A stretch of 64,000 nt of DNA, taken from positions 372,001-436,000 of the forward strand of contig CM082596.2 in assembly GCA_040954595.2 (NCBI GenBank), given 5' to 3'. The first letter of the stretch is position 1; each line of letters starts with the position of its first letter. Of the stretch, positions 27,401 through 38,435 are shown one piece after another. A program made the translations under genes and the position numbers. The notes beneath the pieces are model-generated. The model was not told the DNA's origin. It did not search any database and saw only the letters and a program-made list of their open reading frames with translations. The DNA comes from Balanoglossus misakiensis. Lineage: Eukaryota; Animalia; Hemichordata.

Positions 27401-30400
27401 TATAGCAAAACCCTAGGGCAACACGAGGGCGAGCTTAATAATTCATGGTTTGGGTCTTGTAGCAAAATTAATGAACATTTTACGTCGAGGTATCGTACCA
27501 CAATTAGGCCGCTCTCTCGAACCGCTTTCCTTGTCCACAGAACAATTGGCTTTGGTTGAAGGCTTGAGAGTGCCAACAGCAAATATTCCCTACGAAACAC
27601 AACTTTCGGGCGAAAAGACCAAGGCTGCAATTATTCGGTTTTTATTTAAGGTTTGAACTTGACAATGACATCGAAGTTATATTACTAAATGCACACGCAT
27701 TCACTGCCGGACCAGTTGTAAAGTGTGACCGCTGTGTTGAGTCTGCAAACTTTGTTTGGATGACCTAAACATGCGTCTGGTGAATACCACGCCATTTTGA
27801 ATAAGGCCAAACGGTGAATAACTGTAACCAGTATGATAATGTTTATTCCCACTGCCCCACCCAAGCTTAGCTTTGGTAATGAGTTTGACATTTCATGATG
27901 TGCTTCTCATTTGCATGCGTGACGTCACAGAAAAATTCACGTTACCCATGAATGGTTGCGGTTTTAACATTGGCCCTGAATCCTGCAAACACTTTTAATG
28001 AGTTTATTCAGAAAAGGGGAGAATTTTGCTCTTTCTTTGAAGGAAAAACACAGCGGTTTAGATTGAGATTTGTGGTCAGTGACTAAAGCGGGTACATCTT
28101 TTAAAAGAAACACTTGTTTCATTACTGAAGCGACAGTAATTTCTATTGATTTCGAACAGTTTCTGAAAATGTCAATTTAGGCGACCAAGAAATTCACATG
28201 CAATGAAAAGACAACCTCAGGTTTTGTTACATTCTTTGCATCTTTGTTTCACCCTGACCATCAATGGGCGGAATATTTCCCTTAAATTTGGGTATTAGCA
28301 CCTTTTAATAATCACCCCTCCTCAAGAAGTTCGGTCATGTTTACTCATTAGTGGGGGTATACTGTAGATTGTTTAATCCATGCAGACAAAAAATGGCAAA
28401 ACTAACAATTACCCTTCATGAATGCGTATTACCGGCGACTTTGTGATCTGAATGAGCTCGTCAAAAGCATTGCCATCAAGAAGACTGCTACTAGAGTCTG
28501 CTATAGTCTCCCTGAAGTCTGGTGGAACTTTTAGAAGGTTGTGTTAATAAGTTGGCCACGTTGTGGGAGTCCGTGTTGCAGGACGGTGCTTTAAATTATT
28601 CAGATGTAGAGTGAAGGAACCGAACGCTTTATTCAGACTGAAATGCGGTGAATAATAACTTGATATAAAGTCGCGATATCAGTGACAGAGATTGGGGAGT
28701 GAAGCACAGTTTGGGAAACCCTTTTTTGTGTTCTGGGGAGTTGTTCGCGGCGTATTACACAACATAATTATACAGTACGTTTACCTATCTTTCTGTGTCT
28801 TTATTGAGCTGCTCTGTGGACCAGAATAATCTCTTGCTCGCATTCAGAAACCTCACTTTTGTTCCAATGGATTTCACAAGGCCCTGGCACAAGCAAAATA
28901 GCTGGAAGCGTGTGAAGTTTGGTCATGGAACCAAACCATTGACAATAGAGATTCCTAAACTGCGGTCTTTCAAAGGAAATGTGTTATAACCGATTGTTGA
29001 TAAGTTATATTGTCATTTCAGAAATGTGATTTTTAAGATAAGGCCCTTCGAAATTGATATACTCGATCGCACAATGTAATTTCGATAATAATGTCGAGTT
29101 TCTGGCTTTACAGGAAGACAATGTTCATATTTGTTAGCTGGACTGGCCAATAATTAAAGCTAAATTAAGGTTTTCGTCGTTTTTGATTAAATATATATCG
29201 CATTTTATTCGGACTTTCGTAAACTCCCATATCTTATACCGTATCCATGGACGAATGTTTTCGTTTACTCTGAAACTGAATCCATCTACGTGATAAAAAC
29301 TACCTTGAACTTATTCGATCATGACAGATTTTTCAAATATTCGACATTTCTAGGACCACTTAACATTTGTAGTGACGGAGCGTAAATGGGGCTCCATTGT
29401 ACTCAAACAACACAGTTAATATCCAATAATACACTCTTTCACGCACAGTTTACCTTAACTCGGTTTAAAAATAAGACAAAACTAAATTTGTTAGCGTTAG
29501 AAGTATTATAAAATTATCAAAAAATAATTGAAGTTATAAAGTTTTCTAAAAAAACATCCTGGGTAAAAATGACCGCCCTGTATAGGAACGATTGGGTTTC
29601 TCACATTAAAGTGTAAAACAACTCGCAACAGGCTGTTAACTTGTAATTGGTTTGAAAAGATTACTTTAGATCACCTTGGTAACCGATATTCTGATTTGCA
29701 CAGAAAGGTTGATTTCCAACACAAATATTTTTCCGCTCGAGACGTCAGTTGACCGTGAATGGGTGTGAATTTCACCCGGCTGCACAGAGTTAGCTCAGAT
29801 AAAAGCCATTCACCTCCCCTGCTTCAACCATTGTCACATTTGAAAATCGTTTTCTGCAAACACATTATCAATGCAGTCACGCCTATAAAATGACATGTGT
29901 CGTTCTAAATAAATCATCTTTGTACAGTTTACATGTGATCAAAACATCTTCGTTGTGATTTGGAGTGATGTTTGTTTGTCGCTTTCATTTGTGGAATAAA
30001 CTGACCATGCCAGTTCCGGTTTGCGGATCCAAAGGGGTCACTCGCTCTGAGAGCAGTGTTGGTGGTATCTGTGGTCAGTCTCCCTACGGATGTGTTTATA
30101 CACAGGATTATGAAATGCTGTTGCTTGCGCAAATTGAGCTATCAACCGGTTTGTGGCCAACCCCATAATCTTCCGCCTACGGCCAAAAATGGTCGGTGCG
30201 AGTGAATGTTCAGCAGATATCAAAGCTTTGTTGGAAATGCTCCAGTATCTTGCACGCGCGCGTGTGGTGGGGTAAATCCAACATGATCTTGTTCTAAACA
30301 GTATCGATGCTGAGGCCCGCAGCGGACTTTGGCATAAGTGAATTGTGATGGTGTACGAGCACGACGATATTAGAGTGCTCAACCACCATGGTGTAGAGGG

Positions 30401-32196
30401 CTCAACGAAAACATTTGCGCTCGCGATGTTTGGGGTTGAGTCAAAAGTTGGGCAAATGCGATAACCTTTGTTAAAGTTACCCCGAGATAGGACTTTGTTT
30501 GAAGCTGGATCATGACCGTCTGTATTACATTTGAAAGACATACTAGTAGTTAACACGCCATTCTATAACACAGGATTCTCAAGAGCTGCTGTACATGGAG
30601 GTTTGAATGAGACATTAAATAAAAAAAGAGAGATTCTCCATCCTTAATTATCCTTAAGAACGTATTGTATATTTTAGTGGAATAAAATAATTCCGGTATA
30701 ATCATTGTTTGGTGATACGTTAGGTCATAGTATAGCCATATCTCCAAAACAGTACCTTTGACTTAGAATAGGGTGTTGGGTACGGGTCATACTGCAAAGA
30801 GATCCCTCCCGATTTTATGTTCTCTTTTTGCAAGCTTGACAAAACCGAAATAGATGACGTTTCGCTCTTCCTGAAATCGAGTCTCCCCGTGCCCGTACAG
30901 ACATTCAAAACCAACATGAACAAGGTATGATGAATAGTTGACCAGGTGAGTCTTATCACAGGTGATAACTGTCGTTGTCTGGCTCTAGCATGGCTCTCCT
31001 GGACCCGTTGAATTCTTTGTTTATCTCGGTACCTTTTGAATGACAAGTCTACTTGAAGCCTAACTGTAAGTCTATCTATGGCTTCTCTGCGTTTGAAGAG
31101 CTCTCCACAGTGTCGAGTTCGACTCTCGCGTCAAAGAAAACAGACCCACGCGTAAGCTATCTGAACTCTGCCACCCAACAAATACCCGATCCCTCGCCTG
31201 CTTCGGCGATTCTCCCCGCATTCACTCGTCGCACCAAAAATGACGGTGACGAACACACCTGTTCTTCGATCCATTTGAAAGCTAACAATGGGCGTTTTTG
31301 ATGAACGCAATCGTTATAGTACAGGTGCAACGGTTGGTATGATCACGGAACTATTGCGCGCACGTTTTCGAAGCAATTTGTTTGACCAACCAACTGAAGG
31401 CCTAAATCTGCATTGGCAGATGTAATAAACAAAATGTAAAGTGCGCTTGGTAAATTTTCCATATTCGGATTGCCAGATTTCAAAATTAAATACGAGACAA
31501 TTCAGTCAGTCGGTTGCAATTTAAATTACGGCCTGTTTCTCAGCGTCCAAGAACGTCTTCGGCTCAAATTTGTCGAGCCATTCTTGGTCGGCGATAAAAA
31601 TGTTGTTTATCAACTCACGATGTTGTTTGAGACGGAGTGGGGAAATAGAGAACGGTTTGCTTACCTTACAATAACATGAAATACAGGGATCAACTGTAAT
31701 GTGAGGAATCTCCACTTTTTCGCCGTCTTTGTTGCAGACGAGTGGCCCACCTGTTGGAAGGAACAAAACAGTACGGGAACGGTTGGAAGGTATTGGCGAT
31801 GGGTACAGAATGAAAACAAGGGTCGCCGTCGGCGGATATGGACAGTTGATGCTCAAATGGTTTGGTTTGCGTTTCGATGTTTCCAACTAAGCAACACGCT
31901 TAGTCGACCATTAAGATCTTTGGTGATATCATACACAAACAGTGAGTACGAGCTGAACAATTAGAACACTTGAAACGCCGGTATGAAGGTATACACCGAG
32001 GGCGCCGATTGTTTGCAAGACGTCCGTCACAATTTCAGACTGCAAGCCTCCAAAGAAGCCATATAAACTCGTGAATTAAAAGTTTTACGGGAAAAAGTGT
32101 GACAAAGTTTGTCAACTCACCAGTTAATCGTTGTGCCCGAAGTTCATAGCTTGTCAGTGTTATAATTACAAGACATAAAATTTGTCCTGGCGACAT
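18259..32196 (-). CDS. BMPER: BMP-binding endothelial regulator / crossveinless-2 (signal peptide, 5 VWC, VWD with GDPH, C8, TIL); 15 exons, 668 aa
   Basis: complement(join(18259-18437,18632-18762,18868-19213,19362-19688,19822-19873,20081-20191,20347-20481,20598-20704,20871-20970,21870-21952,22073-22163,22294-22376,22945-23044,31665-31750,32121-32196)). Total 2007 nt, all GT-AG, phases consistent, GCCACCATG start. Motifs [25 protein letters not shown] and [10 protein letters not shown]. Confidence 0.95.
18632..18762 (-). CDS. BMPER: BMPER exon 14 (C8)
   Basis: SCINDVCECPPDGDCQCEATIAYHRECIRAGAEVKWKKRHVCK. Confidence 0.93.
18868..19213 (-). CDS. BMPER: BMPER exon 13 (VWD C-terminal part, C8 start)
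   Basis: [32 protein letters not shown]...VQVDPYY. Confidence 0.95.
19362..19688 (-). CDS. BMPER: BMPER exon 12 (VWD, GDPH site at 19654-19665)
   Basis: [34 protein letters not shown]...LKLTTAL. Confidence 0.95.
19822..19873 (-). CDS. BMPER: BMPER exon 11
   Basis: DHTLKTPDGECCPRCVE. Confidence 0.9.
20081..20191 (-). CDS. BMPER: BMPER exon 10
   Basis: EGEVWSDIDDPCIECSCAQETVTCRSLQCDNRVDCPR. Confidence 0.92.
20347..20481 (-). CDS. BMPER: BMPER exon 9
   Basis: DATVICRRENCPILDCEEADIVLEEGACCAKCKQRTCTFENRTYH. Confidence 0.92.
20598..20704 (-). CDS. BMPER: BMPER exon 8
   Basis: RRRAFDLANRCLFRNSVYSDGEEFEEDKCTTCICL. Confidence 0.92.
20760..20845. repeat. (GA)n-rich microsatellite in BMPER intron 7
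   Basis: Direct inspection. Confidence 0.85.
20871..20970 (-). CDS. BMPER: BMPER exon 7
   Basis: [33 protein letters not shown]. Confidence 0.92.
21870..21952 (-). CDS. BMPER: BMPER exon 6
   Basis: CSYGGHNYKEGATFKDPRDPCIACVCE. Confidence 0.92.
22073..22163 (-). CDS. BMPER: BMPER exon 5
   Basis: EGVVTSSVAQCAVSCKNPIITDDQCCPSCQ. Confidence 0.92.
22294..22376 (-). CDS. BMPER: BMPER exon 4
   Basis: CSYNGEKYESGSMWRSSEDPCKTFRCQ. Confidence 0.92.
22945..23044 (-). CDS. BMPER: BMPER exon 3
   Basis: NNQVECAKERCKSIEDCALVITSLGFDCCEKCK. Confidence 0.92.
31665..31750 (-). CDS. BMPER: BMPER exon 2 (N-terminal half of VWC1)
   Basis: GPLVCNKDGEKVEIPHITVDPCISCYCK. Confidence 0.92.
32121..32196 (-). CDS. 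BMPER: BMPER exon 1 (signal peptide)
   Basis: GCCACC-ATG; MSPGQILCLVIITLTSYELRAQRLT-G|gtgagt. Confidence 0.9.
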
Positions 32197-32344
32197 GGTG
32201 GCAGTTTCAGGTAATTGCTTGAGCCGCCACCAGCCAAATTATGGCAGCCCAAGTTATCACCACCTTCGCCAATACGGGGCCGCAATGTCGGGAACCCGTG
32301 CGGCTCAAAGTACTCACTGTTTGCCCGAATACGACAGAGCGGTG

Positions 32345-32400
32345 CGACTCTGCGTCTCTCGAACCAACCAGGTTATAAATGCGTGATGTGGACCAATCAG
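32345..32400 (-). promoter_or_regulatory. Candidate BMPER core promoter (TATA and CCAAT boxes)
   Basis: TTTATAA on the minus strand at about 32373-32379 and CCAAT at 32393-32397, about 180 nt upstream of the ATG in CpG-richer sequence. Confidence 0.5.
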
Positions 32401-34164
32401 TCCATTTGAGAACAGCGACTGTGAGCGAAGAGCCACTCGGCGGAAGGCTATTAACACTGTCTAGTGGTTTCAACTTGGTGATTCGCTCATACAGCAACTA
32501 CAGAGTGGTATCCCCCCATTCATTCTGTGTCTAAGTGACTATGTCTTTACAAAAGCATCACGATGGTAAATATCCTCTTAGGCTATTGTTGCCAACAGAG
32601 TGATGATGTATAAATGAATGGACATAATTAGCCTTAGACAACAGAGGAGGCTGGTCCGTGTACTCACCGCCACCCCCATCGCATAATAGAATTGTCCCGT
32701 GGCGTCAGAAGTAGCGACCAGAAGAATACGTTATTTTCATTGCCATTCAGGGGGTTTTTGACAGGTTTTCGCTAATGCCAAGTGGTTGGCTCCATAAATC
32801 GGTTACGTTTTTAGCGCCTCTTTCCCTGGCAATTGAAAACGACTACCTCCCACAACAACAGATAAAACCACTCCCAGACAAATAGTTATCGATGTAGCTG
32901 CTAAAAACAAAACCAAAAACTGTCAAGGGGAGGTGTCGCCGTCACCTTGCGTTGCCAATGCCAACCAAACCTCAGAAAATCTTGCGCCAGCAAACGACCT
33001 GGCCAACAGTTTGATTCATGAAACACGCATGCTGCAACACTTAAGAAATACATTGATTTCGACTTATTTTTATCTCCGCATCAAAATAGGATTGTCATGT
33101 ATCTATTTCTAATGGAGTATAAAGTCCAGTTGACTAATCAACTGACGTAATTCATCAAATCCCTGATAAGCACGTGACATGTACAAATCACCTAACGTCA
33201 CGAAAAACCACCAGACAATTTATTTGTGTATATGTACATAACCTACAAGATAAATCTCCGTTTAGTTGATTTCCAACATTTAAGTATTTGTTCCCCGATA
33301 GGATAAAAGATGCAACTGGTGGCTTTCTTTTAAATCTATCATGCTTATACTTACAATGTTGAACACTACGTACCAGGCCAAGAATAGGATTTCCTCTACC
33401 TATATGATACCTTTGGAGAGTTATGAGTTATGAGTTATTTCTGTTGACGAGAATCGAGATGTAACTTTGGAGTATTTTCCGCATGTTTCTTTTCAAACGA
33501 CTGCGTTTCCTTGTCACACGATGAAACACCAAGTTTTCCAGATGAATGCTCGTCCACAAAACCTTAAAAATTCACTTCTGGGTGTCCAAGATCTGCTGAC
33601 GCAGTAATACACGACATAGGAAATGTGCTCTTAAAAATCACCAAAAGTTACATCACCTGCCCCTCTTATGGCGGCCAATGACTTGCGTCTTTAATCGTAG
33701 CATGTGCGTGAATTAAACACATTATAGACTCGGGCGTGCCTACATACAAATGCTCTACTGTCTTATACAAACCACAGTCTTTAAATTCAGCCTGTAAACT
33801 CAACTGCCCGAGGAAACAAAATGCGCACGTTGAAATGATGAGCGCCCCCACAGACGTGGTCTTTTGTACACATATTCCTTTGTTTAATACCGACTAGCAT
33901 TTCTCGAGTGTCTATGCGATTTACCGGTAGTTTGTTTTTTCCTGTGAAGTTTAACTATTTCCTAATATCTTTCACAAGTCCATTTGATTTATGACAGTTT
34001 ACAGATTATGTCCAGCACGTTATGAAAATGGAGTCTTGTCACCGTGGTTACGATGGTCCGCGAACACTGAAAGGTTTTAGCTGCTTCAATGCAAACCCAA
34101 AACGTGAACAGACTTAATAATGGCAGAGTTGTCAATCAACAAATCTGAGCAGTGAGACGGACTG

Positions 34165-34179
34165 GGCGCCACTGTGTCT
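34165..34179 (+). promoter_or_regulatory. BMP-response element GGCGCC-N5-GTCT (Smad1/5-Smad4)
   Basis: GGCGCC ACTGT GTCT, an exact match to GRCGNC(N5)GTCT, about 2 kb upstream of the BMPER ATG. Confidence 0.55.
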
Positions 34180-36126
34180 ACACATTGAGTTTTTCAACAC
34201 AAATGGAAACCTTAGAATGTTGGGAACTTTAGTTGGCTCTCTACACTCTTTCTCGTCACAAGACGCATGTCTCGTGTATTGCTCCTGGAATCACAGACCC
34301 TTGAGGAACCAGCGTCTATATGCTGGAACATGAACTGAACGGGAAGGAATGGCTTCTATATGCAGGGACACGCACCGTATCCCAACCCCAACACATATAA
34401 TAATTCGTTGTGATTGTTTATTTCAATTTTCCTCCATATGTAATCGTGAATGGTCCAAATGGAACTGACAAAATTACGTCTATAGACAGTAACTCCGTCT
34501 ACTGTCTGAAATACCTCCTTGGAATACCCAGCAACTTCACACCCACCTGTTGCATTTAGTTGTTCATTCAGGAATCAGTTGATTGTATGAACTACGGCGT
34601 TTCCAAAACTAGGCTCTGCGTTTACCTGGACGAAACCATCCTGCTTTAGGGAATTGGGTGGGACTGGGTAGAGTGTGGTAGGACATTCCGAATTATTATG
34701 ACTGACTGTCTCCATCGATGGTATAAGCTCTGGAAAAACGTGATTAAAAATAATCCTAACTAAAGATTAGAATTACCAAGACTTAAATATAGGAAGAAGG
34801 CGTGGTCAAGTATGTCCTATAATTGATACCGATTTCCAAGTAGTGTTACATATGTAGTATATTCACGCTGAAAGAATTGCTTTACACACTGCATGCAATG
34901 GGCGATCAAGAGTTTGAATAGTGGCCTGTCACTAATTGTTGATATCACTATCACACTGACTGAAAATTTCAAGTTTTAATCCAAGTTTAGCCGTAAATTA
35001 AACTTTGATTTCCACAGCAGATGAGATAACAATTTGATTTGTTCTGCTCCTTATCACTTGCAAAGCTCGCAAGTAAACAGCATTAAACAAACACAGGATG
35101 GGTAATTTAATCACCACACAAATGATTTATTTTGCTAATTTGAGTTGTTTTGTTTACTGTAGATTGTGCATTATGTCATCTTTATTCAGGAAATGTGGCG
35201 ATGAAAGAGTGCTTCTTTTTCAGTTTTTGAGAATTATGACGTTCATTTTCCCATCTCTACAACTTTGCAGTAGACGACAACATTCCACAAATGAGAAAGT
35301 AATCAGCAACCGAGATGGATTTGGACCTCTAATGCGAATCTCATGAACGCGCAAGGTTTCACGGGAAATCGCGGAGCGGAAGTGCGGAAAATGAGCAGAC
35401 GACGCTATGCAGTAACACGGAAGAGGCCGATTTTTGCGTGCAAATCGTCAAAGTACGAAGGGGCATATATTTTTAAATAAAACAACACCAATTACTCGTT
35501 GATACGCTCACTGGTGTGTACCCCCATGTATGTTTTTAGACTGAAATATTGTATATCGGAAATATATCGTAGTTTTTCGTGTGCTTTAGTGGCGAGCGAT
35601 CCGGGTCTGCAATGTTTACACTGGCCCGATCCCCTTGCGGGAACGCTTTTCTGAAGCGTCTATGTTCCCCTGGTACAGACAGATTAAATATAATCAGAAA
35701 AATTACGATGTCCACGAAAATGTGAAGCCGATCTGTAGCCCTGGTATCAGTACTGCTATCTCAGCTGTTTGTGTTGGGGACAGGGGGGCGTGGCATGCTT
35801 CATGTAACATATCCACATCAAGCTACGTTATGAAGATTTTGAATGGTACATTGGAAGTGAAATCATTGAAAACTGAAACTCCACCAACTATCTGAGCAAT
35901 TGAAGAAGAAGAAAAGAATCCTACCCTATCCAATTACGAAAATAAACCTCCTACATGATGAACTCCGTATGTTTACACAGTACCGGAAGTGCCCGCCATC
36001 TTGACAACACTGAAAGGTGTACGCCTGGAGCCCGCAACGGTAGAAATGCTTTTTTCAACGTAAAAGTTTGGACAGACAGACTGACTGAGAATTAATCCAC
36101 ACACAAACACAAGATCAAATTCAACT

Positions 36127-36132
36127 TTTATT
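36127..36132 (-). terminator. Probable SPATS2 polyadenylation signal AATAAA
   Basis: tttatt on the plus strand, followed on the minus strand by a GU-rich tract; implies a 3'UTR of about 2.3 kb. Confidence 0.5.
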
Positions 36133-37305
36133 TCGGGAAAATCTGCCAAAATAATATAACTTTCTCAATTTGTAAAGTGTCAAGATCATCTTTCAACTAA
36201 ATTTAATATCTAATATCATGTACAAGTACACATGAACAATACAGGTAAATATGGGATTAGTAAATGTGGTTAACATGAAGGAAAATAAAACATATTCGGG
36301 TACAAGCTTTCCTCTGAAATTCTCCAAGAAGTTTGCATAAATGTTGAGTGTTTATTTCAATAATACAAGCCCCTTATTTTTTTTAATTCTCACTGGTTTA
36401 ACACACTCTTGTTTACACGTGTCCTATTTTCATTAAACTGATTCATCGAGGACAGAAATGAAATTTCCCTGTGTTCTATATTGCACATGGACAGTTGTCT
36501 TGGATAGCCCAGGTTAGAATCTGTTAGGATCCTGACTGGATAAATTATTCTGATTAGATACTCACTGAGTCCATTTTCAAACCAAACTTTTTAACCTGGG
36601 AATATTGCATACGATTGATAGACTGAATAGAATTCATTGCCAACACAGAGATATACTGAAAATAAATTGTTTAGAAACTGTTTGTCATTATATGCATACT
36701 GGTGAGATAGAAAATACACTAGAAATCTGACAGCAATTGCATGTACTTTGAAAATTTACCTTCTACGCCAGAAGTTTCCACAGTAATGGAGAAACTTCTC
36801 TAGGTTTTTTCCAACATGACATATAATGAAACCAAACACAAGTTATCATTAGAAACAGCTCATGGTCTGCGTGTGTTATCAAAATCACTGCACACCCCAA
36901 ACTTCATGTGGCTGTTCTCCAAGTCAAGTGTACACTAATAGAAAAAATCTAATTCATTTCAAGGCACTATCTTGCATTATTTTGGACCAAAGCAAAAATT
37001 CACAACCACCTTAAGTTTAAGGTAGGGATTTATGCAACTGCAACTCAGGGACAAATTTTCAAGAAAAATGCAAAGTACAGTAAACTTGTTGCTTTTTTGA
37101 ACTGTGTGAGGAGTCCTTTTGGAATACGAGTTAATGGTGAAGATCATTACAGCTTTGATGGAACAGGATACTTAAAAGTACATTTAGGGAAATAACTGGA
37201 TAATAAAATTATGGAAATTTAATAACAGTTCCTTAGAAGCGGCAGCCATGAATTAAAAAAATCTAAAGAAAATATTACAGCTTATTTCTAAAACAAATAT
37301 TTCAA

Positions 37306-37498
37306 GGTAGCTTGTGAGGTTTTAATGGAAAGTTCATTCAGACATAAACTTTTCCCTTCCAAACTATTTATGTTCTTGCTTTAAATAATAGCTTCTCATT
37401 TCGGGTCAGCTTTCAATTGATATGTGTTTGGCGTAGAAACTTATTTGATGAAAAAAGTTGTGATTAAAGATAATTTTTTACAAACCTCACAAGCACCC
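37306..37498. mobile_element. MITE with TTAA-type flanks (Kolobok-like) in the SPATS2 3'UTR
   Basis: Terminal inverted repeats ggtaGCTTGTGAGGTTT ... AAACCTCACAAGCaccc, flanked by tcaa (left) and ttaa (right). Confidence 0.6.
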
Positions 37499-38435
37499 TT
37501 AATTTTTACAAGTAAATCAATGTTCAAGTTGACTGGGCAAGAAAACAAAACTTCATATCATGAATGATGTAGGCTTTATAAAGAGGAATGAGAAAACATC
37601 TGTCAAAACAGTTATTTACTACAGTTCTCAAATATTCTTTGATTGAAGTGGTGTTCATTCCATCAAATAATTGATATCGTCTCAATTTATCGGTGTAAGC
37701 AAAAACAAAAAACAAATCAAAAGCACATGCGAACACTAGAGGGCAGACTTACCAGCAAACTTCCGAAATGAATAAATAAGACTGCTATCAAATTTTGTGA
37801 CCTTGAACACTTTAGATTAAGTGCTTGATTCATCCTCTATGTCACTTCCCAAACTCTTGCTATGTCTTGTTTTTTAATGTATGAGGTTGTTGAAGACCAA
37901 AAAAATTCATTTCTACCATATGCATTCACCAAGAACTATTCAACTGCTCTTTTGAGGAAAGTCCAGTACAACATTTTTAACAATTGGATCAATATAATCC
38001 ACATTGTCAAATTCATTAGTTGAACAGCTACAAAAATCCATGGAGATCCAAGGCATTCATAACTTTTAATGCAATATATTTTCTCAGGGTATGAAAAATT
38101 CCAATAGACTATATTGCCATTATCTTGCATAGCAACTGCAGTTTTCTTTTTAGAGATTCTATATCAGAAAAATAGAGCTTTTTTATCATCCGACGGTGAA
38201 ATGGTCAAAATTCATGAATCTGATAATGAGGTAATGTTCTATATTGATAACTTCAGCATTGAACACAAGGCAAATGTTGACAAGGTTTTTACTTTGGTTG
38301 CTTTTAACCAAAGCTAGACAAAAATAATTGTATTCTTTATATTATAGATAGGCTTGATGTGAAAATATGTCATCTCTGTGTATTTAAGTAATTTTCTAAA
38401 GTTCTTTGGTGAAAATTCTACTAAAGTTTATTTCT

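Noticed and set aside
30038-31301. Cluster of longer ORFs in BMPER intron 2 as a nested gene or retroelement
   Set aside because: No recognisable RT, transposase or other domain, and no consistent splice structure
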